From: Candidatus Aenigmatarchaeota archaeon | Lineage (GTDB): Archaea > Aenigmatarchaeota > Aenigmatarchaeia > PWEA01 > JACQIF01 | Direction: 5' to 3' | Length of the DNA stretch: 64,000 nt | NCBI GenBank assembly: GCA_016432325.1 | Contig: CP066684.1 | Coordinates: forward strand, 448,001-512,000 | Translations under genes and position numbers: made by a program | In this document: positions 44,308 to 53,590 of the stretch, piece after piece | Numbering within the stretch: the first letter of the stretch is position 1 | Layout of the letters: each line of letters opens with the position of its first letter | Notes under the pieces: model-generated | What the model was told of the DNA's origin: nothing | Databases searched by the model: none | What the model saw: the letters and a program-made list of their open reading frames with translations, nothing else

Positions 44308-46017
44308 ATGTTCTCCGAATTCAGAGAGGCCGTGCTGGAGACGCTGAAGAAAGAGGTTCCAGCACGCGCGGAAGATTTGGTTGAACCTCCGGAACCCAAG
44401 AGGTTCCGAGGCTCCGGAACTTCGTTCCGCGAGCCGCCTGAAGGCATGGGCGAGCTGGGCTATCCGTGTTTTGGGCTTGCCAAGGAGCAGAAGAAGAGTC
44501 CTGCCGATATCGCTAAAACTCTGGCCGTGCGGCTCAAGACAAAGACGCCAATATCAGAAGTGCGCGCCGTCGGGCCTTACGTGAACTTCTTTGTGGACTG
44601 GAACGCGTTCGCTTCATCAGTCAAGCAAGCCTCGTCCAAGACATGGGGTTCCTCGTCCGTCGGCAAGAACAAGACCGTCATCGTCGAATACTCTTCGCCC
44701 AATGTCGCCAAACCAATGCACGCCGGCCATCTGATGACCACTGTCGTGGGCGACAGCATCTACAGGCTCCTGCGCGCGCAGGGCTACAAGACCGTACGAA
44801 TAAACCATATCGGCGACTGGGGCACCCAGTTCGGCAAGCTCGTTGTCGCATACGAGAAGTGGGGAGACGAGGCCGCGCTGAAGAAGAACCCGATAAAGGA
44901 ACTCGTGCGCGTCTATGTGCGCTTCCACGAGGAGGCCGAACGCAACGACGCGCTGGAAGAGGACGCGAGAAAGGCGTTCGCCCTTCTGGAGAAAGGCGAC
45001 AAGAAGCTGCGCGCGACGTGGAAGCGTTTCGTGGAGCTGAGCCTCGAGGAGTTCAAACGCACTTATGCGGAGCTGGGCGTCGATTTCGACGCGTGGACCG
45101 GCGAGAGTTTTTACGAAGAAATGCTTGGCGACGTCATAGAGGACGCGCTGAAGAAACGCATCGCAGAGGAAGAGGCGGACGGTTCGGTGGTAATAAAATT
45201 CGGCGATTTGCCTCCGATGCTGATACGAAAAAGCGACGGCTCGAGTCTCTACGCGACGCGCGATTTGGCGACTCTGCGCTATCGTGCCGCGCACTACAAG
45301 TTCAACAAGTGCGTTTACGTCGTCGGCGCTCAACAAACTCTTCATTTCCAGCAGCTGTTCGCGGCTGTGTCGCGGCTCGGCTACGCGGATCCGCAAAAGT
45401 GCGTGCATGTGCCTACGGGATACATCAACCTGCCTGGTGGCGCGATGTCAACGCGCAAAGGTACGGCCATCCTTGCCGACGAGATTCTGGAAGAAGCGAA
45501 GAGACGCGCCGCGAACGTCATAGAAGAGAAGAATCCTACGATAAAGAACAAGAATGCCGTCGTGAACAAAGTGGCGATGGGCGCCGTGAAATACACGAAC
45601 CTCGCGCAGCACCGCGGCAAGGACGTCACGTTCGAGTGGGACAAAGTGGTTAATCTTAGGGGAAATTCGGGCCCGTACCTGCAGTACACGTACGCACGCG
45701 CGTCTTCGATACTGCGCGAAGGGAAGGCGAAAAAGGTCAAGCCGAAGTATGAGGACGCGAACGAGCGGCGGCTTCTGCTTAAGATATCGAAGTTACCCGA
45801 CGCCGCCGAGGCCGCTGCTTTGAACCTGACGCCGCACGTAGTCGCCGTCTATCTGCATGAGCTCGCGGAGCTGTTCAACTCCTTTTACGAGAACTGCCAC
45901 GTACTGAAGGAGAAGGAACCCGTACGTTCGTCACGACTGTTGCTAGTAGGCGCGTTCAGAAACACCATGGGCCGCGGGCTGGAACTGTTGGGAATTGAGC
46001 CTTTGGAAGAGATGTAG
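44308..46017 (+). CDS. argS: Arginyl-tRNA synthetase (carries an apparent 16-aa insertion near the N-terminus)
   Basis: EYSSPNVAKPMHAGH, GDWGTQFG, YATRDLA, MSTRKG, GPYLQYTYAR. Confidence 0.97.
   Translation: MFSEFREAVLETLKKEVPARAEDLVEPPEPKRFRGSGTSFREPPEGMGELGYPCFGLAKEQKKSPADIAKTLAVRLKTKTPISEVRAVGPYVNFFVDWNAFASSVKQASSKTWGSSSVGKNKTVIVEYSSPNVAKPMHAGHLMTTVVGDSIYRLLRAQGYKTVRINHIGDWGTQFGKLVVAYEKWGDEAALKKNPIKELVRVYVRFHEEAERNDALEEDARKAFALLEKGDKKLRATWKRFVELSLEEFKRTYAELGVDFDAWTGESFYEEMLGDVIEDALKKRIAEEEADGSVVIKFGDLPPMLIRKSDGSSLYATRDLATLRYRAAHYKFNKCVYVVGAQQTLHFQQLFAAVSRLGYADPQKCVHVPTGYINLPGGAMSTRKGTAILADEILEEAKRRAANVIEEKNPTIKNKNAVVNKVAMGAVKYTNLAQHRGKDVTFEWDKVVNLRGNSGPYLQYTYARASSILREGKAKKVKPKYEDANERRLLLKISKLPDAAEAAALNLTPHVVAVYLHELAELFNSFYENCHVLKEKEPVRSSRLLLVGAFRNTMGRGLELLGIEPLEEM
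44383..44442. repeat. In-frame double-hairpin insertion between duplicated EPPE codons in argS
   Basis: cggaacc-caaga-ggttccg (44390-44408) and cggaac-ttc-gttccg (44415-44429). Confidence 0.75.
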
Positions 46018-46030
46018 CGTTGTCGCCAGA

Positions 46031-46282
46031 CTATTTCTTGCCGAATCCGCACTTCTCGAGCCACGCGTTCCATTTCTTCTCATCCTCTTCGGTGAGCTTG
46101 TGTTTTTCCGCTAAGTCCAAAAACAGTTCTCCCCATTCGCTTGTGCACGGCAGGGCTTCCGCAGGCGGCGTTGTTTTCATCATGACGATAGCGTCGGGGT
46201 TCGCCTTCGCCACTTCCCTGGGGCCGCGTGCGTACGTAAACCTCTCTATCACTTCTTCTATAGAATTGTATTCGTGGTCCAT
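46031..46282 (-). CDS. Small hypothetical protein
   Basis: 83-aa ORF with a GAGGGAG RBS. Confidence 0.6.
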   Translation of the reverse strand: MDHEYNSIEEVIERFTYARGPREVAKANPDAIVMMKTTPPAEALPCTSEWGELFLDLAEKHKLTEEDEKKWNAWLEKCGFGKK

Positions 46283-46356
46283 GTAGCTCCCTCGCGTACC
46301 GCTTGTTCAGAAAACGTTATATAAACCGGCGTTCGACGGGCGACGAACGGTTCTGC

Positions 46357-47451
46357 CTAGTGCGTCCTCGTGAGGATGAAGTCGACGGCGAGCCTCAGGT
46401 CGTCCTTGGCCTCGCCTTCAGGAACCCACGTGAGCTTCGTGTCCAATGCGTGCCGCGCTTCTGCAGCAAACTTCTCGGCGAGCTTGGTCGCATACTCAAT
46501 ACTGCCGTACTCCTTCATCTTGTCCAGAACCCACTTGACCTCCTCGCGGCTCTTCTGCTCACGCGTCTTGGCCATTATCTCGTTGAGGCGCTTCGTGTCT
46601 GCCGCGTTGGCGCTGCGCATCAGGTGACCGAGCATCACGGTCTTCTTGCCTTCGTAGATGTCGTTGCAGAACTGCTTCTTGAGGCCCTCGAAATCACTCG
46701 TAATGTCGAGCACGTCGTCCCGTATCTGGAAACAAAGGCCAAGAGGCCTGGCGAAATGGAATATCGAATCGACCTGCTCCTTGGTGGCGCCGCCCAATAT
46801 GGCACCGAGCCTCAGGGGACCGGCTATCGTGTAGTAGACCGTCTTGCCATCCATGATGAAGAAGACGTCCTCGTCCGTGAAATCGCTCTTCCCTTCCTTT
46901 ATCCATTTCATCTCGCACGTTTGCCCGAAGCACGTCCTCATTAGTATGGCATGGAACTCGTCCATGAGCTTGAAGGTCTTCCCGTGTCCCACGAGATCGG
47001 CGTTGTCTCTCAATATCTTCCACATAACCGCATGGAGAGTGTCGCCCGCGTTTATCGCTATCTCAGAAGGGTACAGCCTGTGGAGCGCTGGCTTGCCCCT
47101 TCTCTCTTCCGAATTGTCCTGCCAGTCGTCGTGGCCCAGAATCCAGTCTTCCGACACCTGCATGGCCGCGGATGTGCGCACGGCCTTTTCGCGCGGAACG
47201 CCGAGCGCCTCGGCCATGATCATCAAAAGTACGGGACGTATGTATTTGCCTTGCCTTTCAGGGTACTCGCGCGTGACAGCCCAGTGATATTGTTCTTCAG
47301 GCGCATACCTCTCGTTGAACAGATGAATCTTTGCTACGTCGCGCGAGTGCTTCAGATAGTGGTCTATCTCCGCCCAAATCGCGGGCTTGCGCTCCGCGAG
47401 GACCGATTTGAAAGTCTTCTGAGCCAAAACCTGGCCCGTTCCGTTCACCAT
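46357..47451 (-). CDS. Trans-polyprenyl diphosphate synthase, paralog 1
   Basis: GKYIRP, HDDWQD..RRG, GQ, KT, FQIRDDVLD. Confidence 0.93.
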   Translation of the reverse strand: MVNGTGQVLAQKTFKSVLAERKPAIWAEIDHYLKHSRDVAKIHLFNERYAPEEQYHWAVTREYPERQGKYIRPVLLMIMAEALGVPREKAVRTSAAMQVSEDWILGHDDWQDNSEERRGKPALHRLYPSEIAINAGDTLHAVMWKILRDNADLVGHGKTFKLMDEFHAILMRTCFGQTCEMKWIKEGKSDFTDEDVFFIMDGKTVYYTIAGPLRLGAILGGATKEQVDSIFHFARPLGLCFQIRDDVLDITSDFEGLKKQFCNDIYEGKKTVMLGHLMRSANAADTKRLNEIMAKTREQKSREEVKWVLDKMKEYGSIEYATKLAEKFAAEARHALDTKLTWVPEGEAKDDLRLAVDFILTRTH

Positions 47452-47559
47452 ACCCTCACACTCCTACCGTTAAGATTGAGGTTATATAAACGCCGCCTAC
47501 GACATTTAACGAGCAGCAAGACTGTGCGCATCGCGCAGACTAAACAGAGGCTATAAATA

Positions 47560-47597
47560 ATAGGGCGACCCTATCAGAATTAACATATATTGCTAAT
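47560..47597. promoter_or_regulatory. Candidate operator inverted repeats upstream of the regulator
   Basis: ataggg-cga-ccctat (47560-47574) and attaaca-tatat-tgctaat (47579-47597). Confidence 0.35.
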
Positions 47598-47606
47598 ATT
47601 GGTTGA

Positions 47607-48401
47607 ATGGGTATGGCAGATCTGGTACAGATAGTCTTTGTAGAAGATCCGGCCGCGCTGGACAGGATGAGGTTCCTGCTGCGCCAGCACATCCCGCACA
47701 AGGTCTACTTCCTTAAGGCGACGGAAGAAGGGGAGCTGGTGAAAAGCGGCTCTGTCACGCGCCCGCAGACCAACACGCCCGCGCTGATAAGAAAGCAGTT
47801 GGAGAAGGAACTCCCAAAATGGGTAGCCGATAACTCGAAAACAATCGAGATTCCGTTCTTCGACATGTCCCGTTGCCTGCCGCAACTCGTCGGGATAATA
47901 CACGAGGAGCGCAAGCAGGAACGCGAGGTTTACATAAACATCCACGGCGGCAGTCGCATACTCTCGACGGCCGCGATGATTGCCAGTGCCATAGCAGGCG
48001 CAAAGGTCTTCTGGATAGAGCCTGCCAAATGGACTCTCAAGAAGTCAGGAGACTACGAGCTGCGCGCTCCGGTAGGCGCGAAAGAGGCCGTGGAGATAAC
48101 GGTGCCGATAACGATTTCCGTTCCCCAGCCTCCTGAGAGCCGCGTGCTCGCGTATCTCCACGCGAAGGGCGGCTCCATCACAGGCAACCTCTCTGAAATG
48201 GCGAAGGAGATAGGCCTCGAGCACCTCGGCGTGGCCGTGAAGAAGCCGAGCTCTGCCGTCGTCAAACTCTCGAAGATATGCGGACGCCTGAAGGAGAAAG
48301 GCCTTGTGCAGACGCGCAAGCTGGACAGGAAATCTTTCCAGGTCGTCCTTACAGAGGAAGGCAAGATACTGGCAGAGATATCGTCGATAATGGAAGACTA
48401 G
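47607..48401 (+). CDS. CARF-like (DUF6293/HFX_2341-type) plus wHTH transcriptional regulator
   Basis: VYINIHGGSRILSTAAMIAS motif and a C-terminal wHTH (LKEKGLV...VVLTEEGKILA). Confidence 0.75.
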   Translation: MGMADLVQIVFVEDPAALDRMRFLLRQHIPHKVYFLKATEEGELVKSGSVTRPQTNTPALIRKQLEKELPKWVADNSKTIEIPFFDMSRCLPQLVGIIHEERKQEREVYINIHGGSRILSTAAMIASAIAGAKVFWIEPAKWTLKKSGDYELRAPVGAKEAVEITVPITISVPQPPESRVLAYLHAKGGSITGNLSEMAKEIGLEHLGVAVKKPSSAVVKLSKICGRLKEKGLVQTRKLDRKSFQVVLTEEGKILAEISSIMED

Positions 48402-49474
48402 ACGTCGCGCTCGATCAGATACGCGGCGAACGCGCGAAGCTTTTCTTTCGCATCTGAAGGCTGCAGAACGCCGTCAACATCGGCCCATGCATCCTCCACG
48501 AGTTCGCGCGCCTTGCCTCTGCAGTACTCTATTGCGCCGTATCTCCTGATTATTCCTATGGCTTCGTTACGCAGCTCCTGGTCGGAAGTATGCGCACCGA
48601 GTATTTCCAAAAGGCGTTCCCTGTCTTTCGTATCCGCGTGTTTCAGCGTATGTATCACGAGCAATGAACGCTTGCCTTCCGTCATGTCCTCGCCGAGTCC
48701 TTTCGCTTCAGAGACGCCGCTCGGCGTAATGTTCAATATGTCGTCCTGTATCTGGAAGGCGACGCCTATCGCTTCCGCGAACTTGCCCACGGCCTCTATC
48801 TGTTCGTCTGTGGCGCCTGAGAGGAGGGCGGCCAGACGCGCCGACATGCGCGCGAGGGTTCCGGTCTTGTAGGCGCACATCTGCAGGTACTCGTCCTCTG
48901 TTATTGCGTCGGCGTTCGCCATGCCGCGGTGCCACGCAATGTCCGCGGCCTGTCCGTAACCGAGGTTGAGCATCTCCTGCGCGTAGATGTCGTACGCCCG
49001 CGCCCGAACGTCCGGAGACAGGGACGCGGTGTTTTTTACGAGGGGCAGGAGAGACCAGTAAAACATCGTGGAGCCTGCGTTAACGGCTATGTCCACGCCG
49101 TACTTGATGTGCGTGCACGGCTGCCCGCGGCGTAGTTCGCTCGAATCTTCTATATCGTCGTGTATCAGAGTGCCGTTGTGGACCATCTCCGGAATCATAA
49201 CGAAATCATTCACGCGCTTTGGGTCGCCGCCGAAAGCCTCGACGAGCAGCAGGAAAAGGGCCGGACGCCATCTCTTGCCCCCGCGATAGAGCATGTCCCA
49301 CACGGGCTCTGTGAATGCTTTCCGGATCGCCTCCTTGTTGTATGCATAGCGTGGGACGCCAAACACGCGATTCAGGTGTTCGTGCGTCGGTTCGCGCGGG
49401 AGGTGTCTCTCCATCACAGCGTCCACCAGAGGCGCCGTTGATTTCATTATCTCCTTTATCTCCACATGCCGCAC
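48398..49474 (-). CDS. Trans-polyprenyl diphosphate synthase, paralog 2
   Basis: GGKRWRP, HDDIEDSSELRRG, KTG, FQIQDDILN. Confidence 0.94.
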   Translation of the reverse strand: MRHVEIKEIMKSTAPLVDAVMERHLPREPTHEHLNRVFGVPRYAYNKEAIRKAFTEPVWDMLYRGGKRWRPALFLLLVEAFGGDPKRVNDFVMIPEMVHNGTLIHDDIEDSSELRRGQPCTHIKYGVDIAVNAGSTMFYWSLLPLVKNTASLSPDVRARAYDIYAQEMLNLGYGQAADIAWHRGMANADAITEDEYLQMCAYKTGTLARMSARLAALLSGATDEQIEAVGKFAEAIGVAFQIQDDILNITPSGVSEAKGLGEDMTEGKRSLLVIHTLKHADTKDRERLLEILGAHTSDQELRNEAIGIIRRYGAIEYCRGKARELVEDAWADVDGVLQPSDAKEKLRAFAAYLIERDV

Positions 49475-49648
49475 CGGCTGTTACAAAGAAAATCAGCTAT
49501 AAATCCGATTCGTTGGTGTTAACGAGCCGCGCTGTTATGCGCGATGCCGCCGTTATGAGGCGTCCCGTTATTGCTGGCCCAATATCAATACGCGTTCCGC
49601 GTTTCCTTCTTTTTATGGTCAAGTCAACACCAAAGAACAGGTTGTCGT

Positions 49649-50305
49649 ATGGTTCTTGTGCTAGGAATCGATGAAGCCGGTCGCGGCGCAGTGATAGGCC
49701 CGTTGGTCGTGGGAGGCGCACTCATAGACGAGCGTGACGTACAAAAGCTCAAGGATCTCGGCGTCAAGGACTCGAAATTACTGACTCCCGAAAAGCGCGA
49801 ACGCCTCTACGCGGAACTGAAGAGGGTCCTCAAGGATTACGTAACAATCCACATCTCGGCCAAGGAGATAGACGAGTCTCGCGAACGCAAAAATCTCAAC
49901 CAGATAGAAGCCGAGAAGATGGCCGAGATAATAAGGGGTCTTGGAGCGGACGTCGCGTACGTCGACGCGCCTCAGGTGAGCACCGGAAAGTTCCGTGCGT
50001 ATCTCGAAGCGCTCGCGAAGAACCACACGAAGATAATCGCCGAAAACAAGGCCGACGTGACATACCCCATCGTGAGCGCGGCGTCAATAATCGCGAAGGT
50101 CGAGCGCGACTGGGAGATAGAGAAGATAAAGCGCGCGGTCGGCGTTGACTTCGGAGTCGGGTACACGCATGATGAACGCACGATCGCCTTCCTCAAAACG
50201 CTTTTGGATCAACATGGCGAGTTTCCCGATTACGTAAGGAAATCGTGGATAACTTCCGAGAAACTCAAAGAGGCAAAGCAGCAGAAGAAGCTGAAGGACT
50301 ACTAG
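49649..50305 (+). CDS. rnhB: Ribonuclease HII
   Basis: GIDEAGRG, KDSKLL, KAD, SAASIIAKV. Confidence 0.97.
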   Translation: MVLVLGIDEAGRGAVIGPLVVGGALIDERDVQKLKDLGVKDSKLLTPEKRERLYAELKRVLKDYVTIHISAKEIDESRERKNLNQIEAEKMAEIIRGLGADVAYVDAPQVSTGKFRAYLEALAKNHTKIIAENKADVTYPIVSAASIIAKVERDWEIEKIKRAVGVDFGVGYTHDERTIAFLKTLLDQHGEFPDYVRKSWITSEKLKEAKQQKKLKDY

Positions 50306-50886
50306 GCGATCTCCACCAGAATCGACTTCCCGTCCTCGAAGACTATCTGGCGGTAATCGCCGTCATACGTTCGTCCGTCGACATGCACGGTGACGTTGGC
50401 GCCGCCGATTGGGTTGGCGCCTATGGTCGCGTCCCAGATGTCAAGGAACTCGCCGAGAGTGAACGTCCTCTGCACGGGCGACTCGACGTGTATCGTTCCG
50501 CTCGTGTCGTGCGTGTGCAGCCAGTACATGCAACCCTTACCGGAAGGTATGCCTATGCCGGCCGGCACTTTCACCGCAGAGTTGCCTCTGAGGATTTCGA
50601 GCCGCGGATGTATGTGCAACGCCGTGCCCTCCATGGACTGGCATTGTATCCCGCTTATAGCAGGGGCGGGGGAAGACGAACCCGTCTGGGATGACGGCGA
50701 AGAGAGGAAAGCGAAACCCGCGGATGAACCCACGAAGAGAAGGCCTACAAAGATGGCGGACCACTGGGTTTTAGTGAGCCTGGGCAAACCGATGTTAATC
50801 TTGTCGTGCGCAACAGGCGGTTCTTGCGTCCCCTGTTTCTGCTGATGTTCCATCCTGTCCTCCGCATCGTGCGAACGTCTTGACAT
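50302..50886 (-). CDS. Membrane-anchored protein with HxH / HTHD...IHVE putative metal site
   Basis: TM helix, LHIHPRL, CMYWLHTHDTSGTIHVES. Confidence 0.8.
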   Translation of the reverse strand: MSRRSHDAEDRMEHQQKQGTQEPPVAHDKINIGLPRLTKTQWSAIFVGLLFVGSSAGFAFLSSPSSQTGSSSPAPAISGIQCQSMEGTALHIHPRLEILRGNSAVKVPAGIGIPSGKGCMYWLHTHDTSGTIHVESPVQRTFTLGEFLDIWDATIGANPIGGANVTVHVDGRTYDGDYRQIVFEDGKSILVEIA

Positions 50887-50888
50887 TG

Positions 50889-51434
50889 TTACGACCTCTT
50901 TGGAATCGGACACGCACCGTTGTTGGCTATGTCCTTGGACAACCAATAAATAGGCGCTGTCAGGAGCGCGATGCTCAAAATGCGCAGCTCCCAGCCCTGG
51001 AACGGAAGCGCGGCCAGCCCGCCTGCGACTCCCAACAACGAGAGCAGTCCTGTCGCGCAGGCCGGACATCCGGCGCCAAGTGCGCCAAGCGCGAACCCGC
51101 CGAGGCCAGAACCTCCTTGCTTGGCGTTAAAACCGTACGCGCGCACGCGATAAACGAGAAGAGAAACGTTTGTCCCCACGAGGGTTGCGACGATCATCAC
51201 AGACGCGGCCGTTTCTATTCCCGCGGACTGCACGAGGCCCAGAACGAGAGCAACCAGTATCTGTGCTATCCTTTCAATCGGGTATCCAGAGGCAAGCGCT
51301 GTGGTTATGAGAGGCAGGTTCGTCAGAGCGACGTAGAAGACCAGCGTCAATGTGGACGCGACGAACGTAATTATATGATAGGACGGTTTGGAATACACCT
51401 TTTCAAGAGATGAACGAAGGACTTCCAAATCCAT
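50889..51434 (-). CDS. Membrane protein with an intramembrane CxxC
   Basis: 4 TM, GAGCPACATG, C-terminal ACP. Confidence 0.82.
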   Translation of the reverse strand: MDLEVLRSSLEKVYSKPSYHIITFVASTLTLVFYVALTNLPLITTALASGYPIERIAQILVALVLGLVQSAGIETAASVMIVATLVGTNVSLLVYRVRAYGFNAKQGGSGLGGFALGALGAGCPACATGLLSLLGVAGGLAALPFQGWELRILSIALLTAPIYWLSKDIANNGACPIPKRS

Positions 51435-51465
51435 AGTATCACTGTTCTCGCCGATTGTTAATATC

Positions 51466-52194
51466 TCACTTGAGCTCTTCGTCTATTATGGGCTGGAAGG
51501 CCTCGAATGGCTGCGCGCCCACCAGAGGAACGTAGCCTTTCTGGTCGGTGCCTACGAAGAAGGTCGGCGTGCCGCCCACATCGTACTTGCCGCCGTCTGC
51601 GAGGTCTCTCAGAATCAGGGATTCCTTGTCATCGTTGTCCATACACTGCACGACGCGCGCCGCGTCAAGCCCTTCGACTTCACTGAGCCACAGTTTGATG
51701 TCCTCTTCTTTCAGGTCTATGGTCCCGGCCCCCTGTTCGGCCTGCTTCTCGAATATGATGTCGTGAACTTCCCAGAACTTGCCCTGTTCTCGCGCGCATT
51801 CTGCCGCTTCGGCCGCAGGCCGCGCACCCGGATGGAACGAGAGCGGGAAATGCCTGTATTCGAATTCTACCTTGCCCGTATCGATGTATTCGGCCTCGAG
51901 CTGCGGGAGCGTGTCTTCCACGAACTTCCTGCAGAAGGGACACTGGAAATCCGAGTATTCTATTATCCTGACCTTTGCGTCTGCGCTGCCCATTGAAGCC
52001 GCGTCCACGTCCGTCACCTTTACGCGCGAGTCTCCGCTTCCCGCGGCAACGCTGTCTGCAACTCCGCCTGAAACCAGCGCGGGTGAGAATATTACTCCCA
52101 GAAGGAACGAGAACGCGCTGAGACCTATCAAAAAGACGGCCGCCCACTTGACTGTTCCGTGAGGAATGACTATAGCGTTGTGCTCCGCTGCCAT
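51466..52194 (-). CDS. DsbA-family thiol-disulfide oxidoreductase, membrane anchored
   Basis: EYSDFQCPFC, RHFPL, GTPTFF, GAQPF. Confidence 0.93.
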   Translation of the reverse strand: MAAEHNAIVIPHGTVKWAAVFLIGLSAFSFLLGVIFSPALVSGGVADSVAAGSGDSRVKVTDVDAASMGSADAKVRIIEYSDFQCPFCRKFVEDTLPQLEAEYIDTGKVEFEYRHFPLSFHPGARPAAEAAECAREQGKFWEVHDIIFEKQAEQGAGTIDLKEEDIKLWLSEVEGLDAARVVQCMDNDDKESLILRDLADGGKYDVGGTPTFFVGTDQKGYVPLVGAQPFEAFQPIIDEELK

Positions 52195-52237
52195 GGAGAA
52201 TCTGACACTCCGAGCTATTTAAAGAAGGCTGCGCGCC

Positions 52238-52618
52238 TTACTCCTTTATCAGAACGGCGTTCACGACCCCGTCCTGTCCGGGCCGCGACGTGACGCGCGC
52301 CTTTCCCGCGGACGTGACGATGACGGCGTTCTTCGTGACTATGTTGCGGCGGACGAACTGCGAGTCAGCCGGGTTTGCTGAAACTGTCTTTATCTCGGCC
52401 TTCTGCGACTTGCCCGTCTTCGGGTCTATGACGTTCGCGTAGCTTGCCGAGAGGACGTTGAACTTGAGAGTTCCGCCGCGCGTGCGCACGGCCTTCACTT
52501 TCGCCGGGCCGAGTTTGGTGAATATGGTTTCTGAGGCGAAGTTGTACTTCTTCTTTTTCCTCGGCACGTTCAGCACGCCGCCTGTCGGTTTCCTCATGCT
52601 CTTGTTTCTTGACATCAT
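52238..52618 (-). CDS. rps8e: Ribosomal protein S8e
   Basis: RKPTGG, RTRGG, RRNIVTK, VTSRPGQDGVVNAVL. Confidence 0.97.
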   Translation of the reverse strand: MMSRNKSMRKPTGGVLNVPRKKKKYNFASETIFTKLGPAKVKAVRTRGGTLKFNVLSASYANVIDPKTGKSQKAEIKTVSANPADSQFVRRNIVTKNAVIVTSAGKARVTSRPGQDGVVNAVLIKE

Positions 52619-52674
52619 GGTCTCGCACTGAACTCGCAATAAAGGTATAAATAGCCCACGGGCCTACGGGACGC

Positions 52675-52890
52675 ATGAGCAGACCACTCGACGCGCTGGA
52701 AAACGCCAAGGGCAAGCGCGTGCTCGTGAGCCTCAAGGACGGCCACGAAGTCACGGGCACTCTCAAGGCGTTCGACCTTCACCTGAACCTCTGGCTGGAG
52801 GACGCGGAGAAGAGGACCAGCGACAAAACGACCAAGCTGGGGACCGTCGTCGTAAGAGGAGACAACGTGCTGCTCGTTTCTCCAGAATAG
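52675..52890 (+). CDS. Sm/Lsm-like RNA-binding protein
   Basis: RPLDAL, GTLKAFDLHLNLWL, VRGDNV. Confidence 0.95.
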   Translation: MSRPLDALENAKGKRVLVSLKDGHEVTGTLKAFDLHLNLWLEDAEKRTSDKTTKLGTVVVRGDNVLLVSPE

Positions 52891-52903
52891 AACGGGGATT
52901 TGA

Positions 52904-53113
52904 ATGGAAGACGCTTATTCGATAAGACGGAAATCCGACGACAAGAGGGACGGCGCGGAAGAAACGATTGCAAGGGCAGACGTTCTGATAAAGGAACTGC
53001 ACGCGGATGATCCTGTTGTCGTGGATGACTTCTCGATTGACGTGAAGCGCAGGCCCGGCGAGAAGCATTGGGGGAACGAAGAGAGGCAAAAGCGCAGGGC
53101 GTATCCCAAGTAA
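52904..53113 (+). CDS. Small hypothetical protein between Lsm and rpl37e
   Basis: 69-aa ORF tightly packed between its neighbours, with a GGGGA RBS. Confidence 0.6.
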   Translation: MEDAYSIRRKSDDKRDGAEETIARADVLIKELHADDPVVVDDFSIDVKRRPGEKHWGNEERQKRRAYPK

Positions 53114-53123
53114 GGTGGTTTGA

Positions 53124-53309
53124 TTGTCCAAAGGAACCCCGTCGTTCGGCAAGCACCAGAGCACCACTCACATGCGCTGCCGCCGTTGCGGGCGCTACAC
53201 CTATCACAAGGCGCGAAGCACCTGCGCCGCATGCGGTTTTGGCAAGACGGCAAGCATGAAGACCTACGGCTGGAAGAACAAGGACATCCAGGGCCGCAGG
53301 AAGTGGTAG
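53124..53309 (+). CDS. rpl37e: Ribosomal protein L37e (TTG start)
   Basis: KGTPSFGK...CRRCG...CAACGFG. Confidence 0.96.
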   Translation: MSKGTPSFGKHQSTTHMRCRRCGRYTYHKARSTCAACGFGKTASMKTYGWKNKDIQGRRKW

Positions 53310-53329
53310 TCGAGGTTCTAGGCGATTAG

Positions 53330-53590
53330 ATGGGAGAAGTAGCATTCACGATGACTATAACGCCCGAACAGGACGCGGACCTTGCGCAGGTCAAATCGGA
53401 ACTTCAGAAGATGTTTTCTCCCAAAGACCTCAGGGAAGAGCCGATCGGCTTCGGCATCAAGGTCATCAAAATCATGTTCGTCCGCGACGACAAGAAGGGC
53501 CACGACACGGATACCGACGTCATCGAGAACAAGATTCGCACCATAAAAGGCGTTGCGGACGTGCGCACGGATGACGTGACGCTGCTCTAA
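53330..53590 (+). CDS. ef1b: Elongation factor 1-beta
   Basis: MGEV...P...DL...EEPIGFGIK. Confidence 0.92.
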   Translation: MGEVAFTMTITPEQDADLAQVKSELQKMFSPKDLREEPIGFGIKVIKIMFVRDDKKGHDTDTDVIENKIRTIKGVADVRTDDVTLL

